DNA of 64,000 nt from Lepidodermella squamata (Eukaryota > Animalia > Gastrotricha). Of this stretch, positions 1 to 13,155 are shown in pieces (within the stretch, counting starts at the first letter, position 1; each line of letters begins with the position of its first letter). The position numbers and the translations under genes are program-made. The stretch covers positions 558,001 through 622,000 of the forward strand of contig JBLDXI010000020.1 of assembly GCA_047495785.1 (NCBI GenBank). Direction: 5' to 3'. The notes below the pieces were generated by a model, which saw nothing but the letters and a program-made list of their open reading frames with translations, was not told the origin of the DNA and made no database searches.

Positions 1-155
1 GTCAATAAAAACGGGGTGAAAATGAGCGACCCAGCAAACAAGATGTTCGCTGATACGCGATCTGACTAGTAGAGTGTACTATCAACAAGAAGTGTTGATT
101 CACACGAAATGATACGACTAATGTTACAATATTGATTCAAGGCTCATCAACTTAC

Positions 156-3100
156 AAGCTCGCTAACGTGAGACATCTTCGCTAGCCTTGGCTTCAGATC
201 GGAAGAAGTGTTAATTTGGTTGTAGAAATCGGTGCGGCCCCTGCAATTGTTATCATTGAAAGCGTCAAGATAAAAGCAAATAAGAGATAACATCATTTGG
301 TTAATAGGGAAATAGTTTTAGTACCAATGGATATCGAGATTAATGTGTTATTTTGGCAGGCATCCTTTACCCCGAAATAAGCCAAGTTAGTATTTAGCGC
401 TAGCAATGGCAAGCCTTCTGAAAATTCAAATTATTTTTACTTCATCCCCTCGAAAGATCACGGATGCCCGGCGTGGTTTCAGCTTAACCATATCAACATC
501 CACGTCCATATTGAAATTTTTAGTTACGTCACCATCCGCGGTCATTTTCTGGTTTTTATAACGCCTGAAATTGAAAGCATTAGCAAGTTAATAACCGCCA
601 GCCATGTAATGGGAAGGGAATAAATGCAGGGTAAACCCAGGAAACATGGAAAATACTTATCACATACCTGTCGCCGCCACCTGGCATGTCTGACATCGTA
701 TCGGTCTCCTCGCTGAGCAGATTGTCCTGTAAACGAGATTGAAGCAGCTTAAACATGTTGTTTCGCACGGTGTTAACAGAAAAATGAGGCAGCAATGAAA
801 TAATACTACAATAAACTCGCTCCCCCTCACTCCAGGTGCAAGTTGCCAACAACTTGCTAAAACAAACAAGTATTCATCATCTCTCAAGCTCTGCATCTAT
901 TATTGCCCACCTTAACGCGAACGTGTTGGCCATGCGGCCCTCTCTTTCTTGTCAAAAGCCGCTGTGATATGAAATATATGCTAATTTTTTCAGCGACAAG
1001 TCTTGCATAAAACTGGATGTTTCACGCTGACCAAGCGTAAAATCGCAACTCACGAGTATAGTACGCCTCGGTAGCAGGCTAGCACAGGCTGAACATTCGC
1101 AAATGACTCCGCAAGTCATTCGACGCTTGCTCTGCTGGCGAATAGCCGATACGCTGTTATCACACACGTTTCGAGGGCGTAGAACAGATGAGTATTTCCA
1201 GGTCATGTTCGCGCTTGGACCGCTGGATAAATCGACTTCTTTGCCCGTAGATGGGTCGATTGGAATCAGCGTGTCACCGCCACGTCGACCAGAAGAAAAA
1301 TAGGCGAATAATTTGGGCGAATCGGGCGATAAAGAGCCTGAACTGTGCGATGGGGCAGGGCTCGGCGGCTGGTCGAGAATCTCTTGTACCATTTTCAGTT
1401 CCTCCTCCTCCTCCTGCGTGCAGCTAACAGCCGCATCGGTTGGCGCCGAGGCAAATGCAGAACTCATCCTCTTCTTGACTGCTTGAGCAAGATACGAAAC
1501 AATACTCATGGTAGCGGCCGAAAATGGTCCAATAAACGGCTGATAATTAAACTTGACTCGAGAGTCACTTTCCGGTGCAATCGATCCGATGCATTGCAGC
1601 CAATATACCGGGAGATGTATAATAGCTATTACGAATGCAGGCGCCGCTTTTCTCACTCATTAAAATCGCGGTCGATCAATCAATGCAGCGGCAAGTTTTT
1701 TTATGGTGATGAACTCTGAACAGACCACAGGCGAGGATTTCAAGATATTTAATTGGTTATCATATGCGTGAAAATATAGCAGGGCAGTGATAGCTATTCC
1801 TCTCGCGATTTTTCAGATGACTTGGGCAAATAATTTAAGCACCAACGCGAAATCAGAGAAAAGAGGTATATTCACGAAAATCATGTGCCTCTAGTGGTCT
1901 CTTTGGCGATAGTAGTCACGCCGCTAAGTCGTCACTGACAGCTTTCTATCGTAGTTTCTTTTAGAGTGATCATCAAATCTCGATAAGTCTGTCGGGTCTA
2001 TCTACTAGTGTGCGTGCGTACATTTATCGCCGAATTATTCTAGCTCTCTAATCCAAGTAAACAGTTAACTCGCCGCCCAACATAAATATCGATTTTCTGC
2101 TTAAATTGCAAAATACTAATGGCGCCGAATTGATTTACAAAACTGGCAACTCGTGTCCACGGGGCAACCGCATATGCCAATATTACCAACGCGCAAAATG
2201 CGTTGCCATACAAAAAGGTCACAATTTTCAACATAATGACCACCATGACTTAGAAGTATATATCAAAGCAACTCTTGCTGTCTAGTACCCTAGGCAACGC
2301 TAAAATTAACTTAAAATTAATCGAGAGGTGATTACAGTAGACAGCTAATTTCCATCTTACCATTTCTTCCTTGTGTTGTTTGATTCGCTCTTGTCTCTTA
2401 ACTTCTTCTGTATGTCGGACGAGCTCCTCCTTGAGCAACTTTTGAAAATCATCACGAATTTGAGCATAATGGTGATTCGCGATTCCTGTTAATGTTTCAC
2501 TGGTTTTCATCGAGTAATTATGCGGGAATCTGGAAATTCCCAAGCCGCCTGACGATGGTATTATCGATTGTTTCCGACCGTTTGCTGATGGTGGTAGAAA
2601 ATTTTGCCCGATAATAGAAGGCTTTTTGCGTGGTTTTTGCGCGAAGGTGACCGTTTTGCCAGTCCGACGGAACACGGCCAGACTCGGCATGCTTTTGGTG
2701 CGAGTCGGCCTCGCGTTCGCCGGCGGCATGCGCGAGCGAGACGACCATCCTTGGCCAGTTTTGGGCGCCGCGAGATGGCGTTCATGCTCACCCAAAGGCC
2801 ATATCACATCGGCGGCGGCGGCGTCTTTTCCCGCCAGTAGCCATCTGCCCGGCGATGGGCTGGGCGGGTAACTCGATTCCGGGTCAGTATTAGGTGTAGG
2901 ACTAGAATTTAACTTGATCGACGAGGTAATGCGCGAGACATTTGAATAGAAGCCTTTCAAGAAATTTGAGCCATAATCCATCAACGGTCGTTGAGGCAAT
3001 CGAGGCGAAATTGCATTTTACGTGACATAAAAACTCAACGATTAAGACTTTTGAGTGTCACTTGACGAATCACATTATAGTATGGCAGGCGAAGTCAAAA

Positions 3101-6100
3101 AACCAAAATCATTGTTAAAGAAACTCGGGTAATCTAGACATAAATGTCTTGCCTATTTGCCAAACACAATAATAGTAATAATGAAACGATTACGGAAGAA
3201 ACTGTGAAGAAACGGGTGCAAGTAAAGCCTCATCGTGGCAAATGAAAGCGCCGTGTAGATTAAAATAATCATGGCTAGAAGGCGAATTAACCGTCATCAC
3301 TAGGCGAGCGCTTCGCGTCAAACGCACCGCTACACGAATAAATGAGCGACAGCGCAAAAGGTAAGAGGAGCGCGCGAAGGTAAGAGGGAGGAATCGAAAG
3401 CTAGTAGCAATTACGCAAAAAATGCAACGAAAGAGTTGTACTTACTACGCGCACGTATGCGACCGGTCAATACGATGACGCGTATAATTGCAACCATTTA
3501 TATAAATTACAGTATTGATATTAACTGACGACCGACTCCGGCATCGATAAAATGATCAAAGAAAGTTGCAACAACAGCGCGAGAAACGTGCTAGTTAAAC
3601 ATCAAGCCGATACATGTGTGCATAATAAATAAATACTACAATTCGATAATACAAAGCATTCATAGTGTATAACATCGAATTAATACGAACGCTGTTTTAT
3701 TAAAAAATACGAGAATAATACAACTAATTTCGAAAGAGCTAAAAGTCCTTGCTGCCGCGCTCCTGTCACCAGCACCGGCAGGCGCGGCGAAAACCAAAGT
3801 AAAGCGTGTATAGTAGTGCCAAGCGAAAGCGCTCCTATTCTAAAGGACCAGTGGGCGCGCACGAGCAACGTATCGAGAAATCAATAGTCGATTGCAGACA
3901 GATCGCACACACAAAGCACACTAAACCACACAACAATTGACTGGCGCATTTTTCCCAATACTGTAGATCCTCTTAGGCGCGCTGCGTGTATGCTGTAAAA
4001 ACATACACATATATTCAGCGTACACAGAAGCATATCGGTGTTCCATGTATTTCCTATATACATATATATATACGCCGATATCTGCACGACGAGAACACAA
4101 GGTCTGCGAACAGGTCCCTTCAATTTTTCGGCGTCCGGAGGCAAGCAAACGCATTCGAAATAAAATACTACATCCACGTTGTCGGGCATAAATATGACAA
4201 GCCAACAGTGAAAATGGAGTAGACACGGCGCGCGCGTATTTTCTATGAGACTTGACAGGCGTGTCAAGAGCAGCACTGCTGACGGCTGTCGACCAGAAAC
4301 AACGATAGAGATAGCACTCGTCATTTACGAAGGCTGAAGAACCTATCGATGATGATGAGCGGCGCGCGGTGACTACGTGTGAACAGAATGGCAAATAGTG
4401 GGTGCCCGCCCATGCGCCCAAACATAGATGGCTAATTAACGCTTCTAGCTCGAGGAGAGGAGAACAAAAGACGACGAGCGAAAAAACAATTACATTCCGG
4501 ACGTGTTCTAGCGAGAAATTTTTTGCACGTCGCCGTAACTAGCTGAGCATGTTAGAAACATTAAAAATTGACAAAATATCGGCGATTTGATGAGGCGCGG
4601 AGGAGAAAAGGCAAAAGACAAAAGTCGATAAAGAGGGGCGGCCTGGAATACTGACGATTATCATAGAACCGTAAAAAAACCAATATTTTCAAATAAAAAT
4701 TGTCATTTAAATGAAGAAATACCATGAAATAAAAGCGCCAGTTCTAGAGAAGACATCTACACTACAAATCTTGATGAAACAAAGGCAACGACTTAGGGGG
4801 CGATGAGAATAAATTTCAATTTCTTAAAATGGTACCACACGGCGTTGTCATAATGTGAATTCCACCGGGAGGCGGAGTAAATGCAGGCAACGGCACTCAA
4901 GGGACATAAGGCGTTCAATCAAAGCCTTGTCCGGCAGAATTATCCACATATGCATACATCATCCACACTCTTGCACACGATGTAATAGCGTAAGAAATCG
5001 CCTTCGGAATACGAATAATATTGATAATAATATAAATAATAAGCCATAGTCAGAAGTAGGGTCGAGGAGGGAAAACAACAAACATAGAATGCAACAATCC
5101 CTTATTATTTGTGTCTCTGAGTGACCAAGAAGCATGAATGCATGAAACACAACATGTTATAAAATATGAATGAGGTCCACAATCTGCATCCGAAATGAAG
5201 GCGTCATGAAATCAATTACGCGTATGCTCAAGAAGGTCGCCGAATGACTAGGTTGTTGTGCTGTATTATTGACGATGCTGTTATTCTAATAACTTCTCCG
5301 CTCCGCAACAAAACTACTCTTTCTTTTTTCAACTTATTTACTCTTGGTGTATGACTCCTCATGTTATAATACTCAGTTGCACTATACACTACACAGTACT
5401 GCGCTACGTCCCGAGTAAATTTCTTAGTCCCCTTGAGAAACGGCCGTCAACCATGCCGCCGACCACACCTCAATTTAGCGATAGAGAGCAACGACAACTA
5501 TCACGCAATAAGAGAATAACGAAATCAAGGATTGAAAACTTACATCAGCTGTGGTGATTCGCTCGCGAACCTGCCCAAACGCCTGCTGCCATCTCGTGCG
5601 CGCTCGCTCCTCAGTGACAGGATCCAGTTTTTGTTGCACCACAGGAGCGACGACGACTGGCTTAGGAGGGATAGCAGCCGGCACGTCATTCTTGACGACT
5701 TTTTCAGGTTCAAGCGGTGATGGTTGTCTCGGCTCATCTTTGGTAAATTCGACAGACGCAGAGGGGGACATAACATTGTAAGCAGGGGATTCAGATCGAT
5801 TTCGAGGTTCTTGTTGATTCAACTTAGTCAAAGAAGGAGCAGGAGAGGGAGCGGCAGACGCCGGTCTAGATTGAACCGGAGTAGCGATGCGGCTATGATT
5901 GCTCGGACTTCGACTTGGAACAAAAAGCTGCGGTGATGGCTCATGTTGCTGTTGTGGAGAAGCGACTCGTTCTAGTGAAGGGCTTTTCGAGTGAACTGGA
6001 GAGTTTTGAATGCTACTAAGGTGTTTCTGAGAAGGCGTAGGGCTAGAAGTTGCCAAATTCTCCTCCATTCGAGAAATCCCCAGTGAGCTTTTCGGTGACA

Positions 6101-9100
6101 ACACTTGGTGAAGCAGTTGTGGAGAAGGCGAAGATCTCGCCACCGGAGAAGCAGTTCTAAAAGGCGGCTGTATTACGGGTTCAGGAACAGGTGGTGTTGG
6201 TGCCAGTTGTGGCGCTGGTGGGAGAGTTGGCTGCTGCGGTTGGAAGGGCTGGTGGAAAGGCGGCTGAGGTTGATATTGCTGTGGCATCTCCAGCTCTCGC
6301 GAAGGGCTAAACATGCCACTTCGATCCACCTAAAAGAAATTCACCAATCAGAATCAATAAATGATTATATTGGGGTTTTCAGTCAGTAAGGAACAGTTGT
6401 GAGTGGTAAAACTGAACGAAATCCAGGTTGCCTCTATGCAAAGCTCAACAAATGAGATACTATTGAATAACTCAAACGTAGGCTTTGCATCATATATAAG
6501 TTTCCCATCTAGAATGTTAGTGGACGATTTTTTCATCGAAATAGCTCCAAGTGCAAAGAAATTGTCTTATTACGGAACCAAACGTTGAAACATGGCACAA
6601 AAGCAAAATAAAAGAAATTCTTATTCTGTCAGCCAAATTATGATTATGCCGTGTTCTCAAAGCGTTTTCAGGCCTTATTCTTCAATTTTACAGTCTTCCA
6701 TTTGGAATTCTGATAATTCATCATGTAACTCCGAAAAGAATTGAAGGATTTGAAATGTGTTTCAGCTTCTGGCCATTTTTTGGTTCCGCAACAGGCATAT
6801 TCGGCTCCGCTCAAGTTAGGGCCTTAGGCTGAGCTAAATTATTGGCTTCATATCCGAGATATTGTACTCATTCAGCTCAAAATCGAATCAAAATATCGGA
6901 TAATTGTTATCGAAGTTTACCTGCGTCTGTTCAGCCGATGACGTCTCCGAGGCTGGTGTGGAATGTTCATCGAGTTGGAAAGTCTCATTTGTATAAACAG
7001 TCAAGGGTGACATTTGCCGAGTGCTTTCAGTCATTTCCGGCTCCTCGACTATTGGCGTAAACCCAGCAATAGTCATCTGAGGAGGCTCAAGAAAGCTGCT
7101 GCTTTGGCCCGCTAATTGCGATGGTTGGCGCTGGTGAGACAGCCAAGTTTGATTGTCTAAGGCCTCCTGTGTGAGCATTTGAGCCATATCCATAGGATAA
7201 GCAGGAGCAGCAGAAGAATCGCTGTCCATCGGCACCAACGGCGTTTCATCAATCATAGTTGGAGGGGTGGGCGTTCGAATTTTTGAGCGGATACCAGACG
7301 ATGGCAGATTAGGAAGACGCCGCGACATAGCACTGTTGGACGAAGTCGGAGTCAAGGCTGGGTGAAAAGCTTGCTGACCAGATTCAGACGTAAAGTTATG
7401 AGTTCCGTGTTGAGGAACTTCGTGGGAAGCAGCGTAATTAAATGAGGAATGGCCGTTGAAACGCAGATCTTGTTCAGAAATTCCTAAAATGATAACTCAT
7501 GACTATGATATTGATGAACTAGCGATTATTATACCGTCAAATTTCTGGAGATAACCAGCCGAATCTGGCTGTTCAGAAGTAGATGATCGATCTTTTTCGG
7601 AAGCAGGAGCACTAGAAGACAGATCTAAAGCAGGTTGATCAGAATAAGGGTCGAATGGACCAGGCGGCAGTGCAGTCGAATCGTAGACAGATCTAGGAAA
7701 TCGAAAATTATATTCGCGAAAAAAACAGTAATTAATAACAATTCAGTAACCAGATGTTGCAAATTACAGCTATTTGACGGCTAAAAGTCGAATTTAGCAG
7801 ACAAGGAACTCATTAATACTAACATTTCGGCACGAAAGAGAACGTGCCGAAAATTTGAGTAGGCGTTACGCTTGGAGCCGGGTATTAGGCCTTATTTTAC
7901 CTAAACTACAACAAACCAGCGTGCGAAAAAAACGCAATGCAGGTGGTTATCGCTATGAAACTAAAAGGCTAGTGCTAACACTAACAGCTGTTTGCTTATC
8001 TGATGTAAGTGAAATTGACTTACTTTGGTACAGTCGACTGGTTTTCGAAAGACCTTTGGGGCCGTAGTTGATCATGAGCGTAATAGGACCAATCGTCGGG
8101 TACGGCTTGATCAGAATGAAAATCGTTAAGTCGCTGGGTGTCTGAGCGAAATTTATCGCCACCGTTACTATGAGCAGTTGGACCAGCCGAGTTGGGAGAG
8201 GGAATGTCTCCGGCATGGTAAGAGGACTGAGAAGCATTTTGATGCGATAAATACGGCCACTGGTTATCCATCAGATACTGGCCCTCGTCGCCAGTCGAGA
8301 GGTAATTCGAAGCATATGGATCAGCGACATGGCTTTGCTGGTGATAATGCTGATGATAATCGTATGAAGAAGGCGGCCAGGGTGTAGGATGTTCGCCCGT
8401 GTACCCGCCCATCGATAAATCGTAATCATAATCAAAAGCACCGTAATTCATGCCAAATGCGGCATGCGCATGATGACCCGAATGTGCGTAAACGGCAGGT
8501 AGATCACTAGCATAGTCGCTGTCGCAAGAAGCACCTGCAGTGCGAAAAAAACCAAAAGGATTAAAAATCAGAATGTAAAAATAATAGATTAGGACGCATA
8601 TGCTTGAAAAAGCAGTCACTCGTCACAAGGACGTGACATGTTTCTATTACTATTAAAAAGTGCAAATACATACCATCCGGAAACTGCTGCTGTATCGCAC
8701 AAGCAGTCAAAGCAAAAGAGCTGTTTCCGTTGTCTGCAGCAATGCCATTATTATAGTAATAAGCAGCGACGTCGTCTGCAAATTCAAGTAATAAGCGAAG
8801 CATTTTTATAACGCTATTACGTAATATGCTAAGCCAAAACTCACCAGCCCCATAGCCACTTGGTTCTTCGATGTAAGCATCAATTAATAGACTGTGACCC
8901 GTCTCTCCGCGAGTACCAGCAATACACCCATTATGAATAATGAACTCAGCATCGAAATGGTACCAGTCACCGTATCCCCCAGTCCCGGTAATTAAGCCAC
9001 TCTGAACATGAACAGCGGCTAGAAAAAGTAACACGTAACAGTCAAATATTCTCACTTGGTCTATTCTTGTGACGTGATCGAGGGGAATGCACAGCGCACC

Positions 9101-10133
9101 AATCATTTGTTCGGCAGCTTCGTCGTGCGCTTTGCTCCATAGTTCCAGAGCAATGCAATCTGATTCGGTCGTAACTTCACTGGAAATCGAATATCAGAGT
9201 AACATTGACGCTCTCACAAAACGCGAGCTTAACGTACAATATAAAATCTTGTTCCCAAAGAGGAGCTTGGCCTGACGCGACGATTGTGGACGTTTTCACA
9301 TAGTCAAATTTTATGACAATATACGTTTGGACTTTCGCTGAAAAAAAAACAATCCGAATGATCATACAAATTTATCACAATAAATCAATATTGAGGCCCA
9401 ACCAAGGTTTGCTCTTTCATGTCCATCACCAGTTTCTTATTTTTTCATAAGCAGCAATATTTTCATAATTGCGTCTGACACCAAAAGCAGTAGCCACTCA
9501 AATGTCCCTCAATGCCCCATCTGTAAGAGCGATGGCCGCTTTTTATGAACAAAAAAGCCAAAAAAAACCGTCAATAATTGCACATACACATCGATAAGAT
9601 AGTAAGATCTTTGCTCGCATACTGTTTGAGAAATAATATATAGGAATAATAGGAATAACATGTACGCGCTAGTAACTTTTCGGTCTACATATTCATGGAA
9701 TGCTCATTCAATCAGCTTTCGCGCTCATTATTTGCATAAAAAGCAAGTCGCGTCGCGAAAACCCAAATTGTAAACCCGCCTATGAGGATTTCAAATTATA
9801 CGCGTTCTGGGCACATTCGGAATAGGGGCGCACACTTTTACTGAGAATACAAAATGCGCTTGAAATCAAGAACATATTATGCTGAGATTTATAAATTAGA
9901 ATCATTTCCAGCTTTATAAGCTTTTGATTCTCGATCCTGGGCCAGTGATAAAACCGACTCGTAAAACCATAGTAAATTTTTCAAGTATAGTCTTTTTGTA
10001 TAAAATATATATCAAACCTGGAACGGATTCGGAAAGATACGCTTGTCTCACTGTAAAAGAAAAGGTCAAAATTATTTGTCCACAATCAAAATAAAATAAT
10101 GAAACTACCTCTGAGGCATAAAAGAGCCGACAT
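156..10133 (-). CDS. unc-13: Protein unc-13 / Munc13 homolog, N-terminal part (multi-exon, continues beyond window start)
   Basis: Spliced N-terminus MSALLCLRV|RQAYLSESVP|AKVQTYIVIKFDYVKTSTIVASGQAPLWEQDFIL..LELWSK..MIGALCIPL..GDWYHFDAE..HSLLIDAYIEEP matches the Munc13 C2A domain. RARTRWQQAFGQVRERI (~5550-5600) matches the calmodulin-binding helix. Exon 156-240 (FYNQINTSSDLKPRLAKMSHVSEL) matches the SIDSMPDIR..PLVSDL segment preceding C1. Confidence 0.9.
1054..1509 (-). CDS. Putative alternative first coding exon of unc-13 (MSIVSYLAQ...)
   Basis: Open Ser/Pro-rich frame from ATG 1509 ending at a phase-0 GTGAGT donor (1053), compatible with the phase-0 common exon beginning ~749. Confidence 0.5.
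2361..2981 (-). CDS. Putative alternative first coding exon of unc-13 (MDYGSNFLK...QHKEEM)
   Basis: 207-codon open frame inside an unc-13 intron, ending in a helical segment and a phase-0 GTAAGA donor at 2360. Confidence 0.6.
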
Positions 10134-12489
10134 TTATGATGATCTAATACAATAAACAGGAGTACACCGCATGTTGCTGCGGTCGCTTGCGAACAGATAG
10201 TTTACTTCAGATAAATATCTAAATTAGGTAATAAAAAATTTGATAAGCCTGTCGTTAATTGCCAAAATGAGGACGGATTTAATTCGTCCATCACTTCTCA
10301 ATCAATGTATAACGCCGGAGAACAATCAAACCAGGTCGTTAATGTCACAATCCCGGGGCTCGAAATCAAGGTATGGTATCAGAGTAAAAACTGGATATAT
10401 GGATCTAATTTCATGTATTTTGAGGCTTGAGTATTGACTGCAGGGGCGATTTCTTTCGGCTTATTCGCCAGTTCTTGGATTCTTACAATAAATTCGGCAA
10501 TAAAAATCGGAGTATATTTGTTTTGATAAAACTCAAATTAACATCGTCAAGTTCTGGTTGGAAAGGTTTCGATGAAACAATTTGCGGTATCTTTTGAGCA
10601 TGATTTGATTTGAACGAATCATTTCTGCCCAGGTACGCAAATATTGTCACACAAAACAAAAAAAAAATCCACTTGAAAGGGAAGTAAGGAATCAAAACTG
10701 TATTAAATGACGCCAAAAAATTGAACAGAAACGCTAGAACAAAAAAGACCATTAAAGATTCTTCTCTGCTGTTAATATATTTTTCATCGAGTTACAACGA
10801 ACAGTAACGAACAGTCGGTGGCACTTACTGTCCCAGTCGTTTCATGTTAAAATTAAATGGAGTTGACGTTGCAATCATTAAAACACATGCATATTCTACA
10901 GAGACAGATGAAAAAACAGAATTTGTGCTCTGAAAAGCCATCAATTTCGGTATTGATCTATGGATGCTTTCCCTGTTCCCTTACCTATTGAATCAACTAT
11001 AAATGCTTTGATTGCGTCGCAGAAGGCGATTATATGCATAAATAGTCTTTGTAATATGTGACAAATAATTCGGCTATGCATTTCAAACGTGAGAGATTCG
11101 CCTAGGTAGGTATGAGAATTGTTAGATAAAATTATATGATTTTAGAAGGCCTGATCACGGGAAACAGGTTAGAGATAAGATGATGACAATGATACTCCTG
11201 AAAATGTATGGCTCTGAAATAAAATAAAAACAAAGAACAGGCATGCCAATTTGTGATCAAATTTACATCTAACTCATCATTTACCTCAACATCCTACAGT
11301 AAAATCAATGTGTGTCCCCCTGCTCCCTGCCTTATCACCGTGATTCGCTTGTCATTTGCTCGCAATTTACATTTTTGCTGTTGATCGATGAATTTTTCAC
11401 AAATTGGATTATACCAGATCTGAAAGTAACTCGTAAATGATCCCGTTATACCGAGAGCAATTCGCGGTGACACCGGACTGTTTGCGCGGTGTGGAACATG
11501 TATAATAGACAAATCGCACATAGCCTCTAACCTCATTCAAAGCATTAGCGTTAGTAACGTTCATTTTAGCAAATCGCAAATTAATAATTTTACTGCGCAT
11601 TAAAGAAGGTTGCTGATGAAACCACGGTTTCAACAAAATCCCACATTCTGGGTGAACTCTTAGCAGTCAATCCAGCTGACTCCCTCAAATCATTAGATAC
11701 ACGACTGAGTGCGGAGAGGGCATGCTGATTGATGCAGATTGATGCACATAAAATCAGCCACCAAGGTTAGCAGTTAGCATATTGAATTTTATCTTCAAAG
11801 AGCAGCAACAAATGGATGATATTCATTGCCCAATATATATGCCGCGGGCCATTACCTGCTGGCTGCTAGCACCTGACGGCAATTAAAACGCGCTGAAGGA
11901 TATGAGATATGAAACGTGGATTTGATTCAAATTATTCCAAATCGTGGCATAGCAGTTTTTGCGTGCGCCAAGCGTGTAGGAGGCAGATTTCTTGCGCTGC
12001 ATGTACCCAGCATAGCGAAGGACAAATGTCGTTTGTTGATCCCCCGATCGATATTTTTGAAAAAATCGGCTATTCTCGCCAAATTAATTACCTCTGTAAA
12101 AACAGCAAAAAGCATATTTTCACTAACAAATTTTTAAAATACACATTTTGACATTTTACAATAACCCATCATTTTTTTAATTTGCCGCAGTACATTTCTT
12201 AAAAATCTTACCCTGAGAGTTCGGAGTTCGGAGCTTCGAGGTGGGTCCAGGTCTAGGGTGCTTTTTGAAACCGTAACTCCGCAGCCAAAGCAACTAGCAG
12301 TTTCAAGTTCGGAGCTAGTAGCCGTTATTTTCCTTTCAGCGAAGTTTCTAAGCGAAGTTTCAATCGGACGAAAATCACGCGGGCAATCGACGACCCATGA
12401 TGTTCCATCTATCTCGTGTTGAAAGATCTTCCGGACTTACCGATATAAAAGCTTCCGCACTCGGGTATCGGACATTTTAGTTTGTATAC

Positions 12490-12990
12490 GACAAATCGTG
12501 CATTGTGATCCACTTTCAACCCATAAATACACGAGTAGCAGTCAGGTTGGTGGTGCATTCATCTTTCCAGAACATCGACTTCGTATGTAAGCAACCTGGA
12601 ATTGGTGACCGTTGTTCATATGATCCGAACCGGTTGTTTGAATTCTTCAGCGAATTTCTTAGCAATATGGGTCGTTTTGCGTTCAAATCTCTAGACGAAA
12701 TATCGTAGCTTCCGAAATAAAGGTCTCGGCTCATTCGCAACTTTCTCATTTCCCTTCCTGTTAACCGAGTCAGGTTCCAGGGCTATTTTTATCAAGCTTT
12801 CGGCAGACTTGTCAGAGTACCCTGAATCCAATAGGGTCTATATGATGGTGTTGGGAGCGTACGCACTTACCTCATCTGGGCTGCAATTCTGATTTTTTTA
12901 GCCTGATGATGGGTACGTGGTTCCCGAAACGCCGCTGAGTATCCACATTTTCTGAATAAAATGACTCGAGTTCAAACAATTGATTTTGTT
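12490..12990. mobile_element. Degenerate Penelope-like retroelement fragment (RT thumb/linker on - strand) joined to an inverted pLTR-like piece (+ strand)
   Basis: Minus frame TLLDSGYSDKSAESLIKIAL..LFRKLRYF..IAKKFAEEFKQPVRII*TT..CYSC with stops resembles the PLE 'L..NGY....I...LPY' thumb-linker. The adjacent + strand has a hammerhead core and AATAAA (12955-12960). Confidence 0.65.
12898..12938 (+). ncRNA. Minimal type I hammerhead ribozyme motif (probably degenerate)
   Basis: TTAGC-CTGATGA-T-GGG(tacgtggtt)CCC-GAAA-CGCC-GCTGA: stem I TTAGC/GCTGA, CUGAUGA and GAAA cores, stem II GGG/CCC. The conserved U before the cleavage site is C. Confidence 0.65.
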
Positions 12991-13155
12991 GAATTGAATA
13001 TTTCCGAGTCAACATGGAAAACCAACCTTGGCGGTTTCATTGACTTTGTAGAAGTTTATTATCATTAGAAGAAAAATTAACAACTTTCAAATTATATTTT
13101 TAGTATTTGAGTATTCCGGAGTCATATTTTCGTTTTTGCTGCCCGATGCGGATGC

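Noticed and set aside
2285-2298. X-box-like GTACCCTAGGCAAC in an unc-13 intron
   Set aside because: Imperfect, with no independent evidence of a promoter there.
3680-5150. Overlapping 60-166 aa ORFs in the unc-13 intron
   Set aside because: No recognisable motifs or consistent splice structure; they look like intronic/UTR sequence.
11609-11634. CTGATGA followed by a hairpin
   Set aside because: Lacks the GAAA core after the stem.
12205-12480. Possible MITE or non-autonomous DNA element
   Set aside because: Only partial terminal similarity (TACCCTGAG / CTCGGGTA) and short internal repeats; no clear TIR or TSD.
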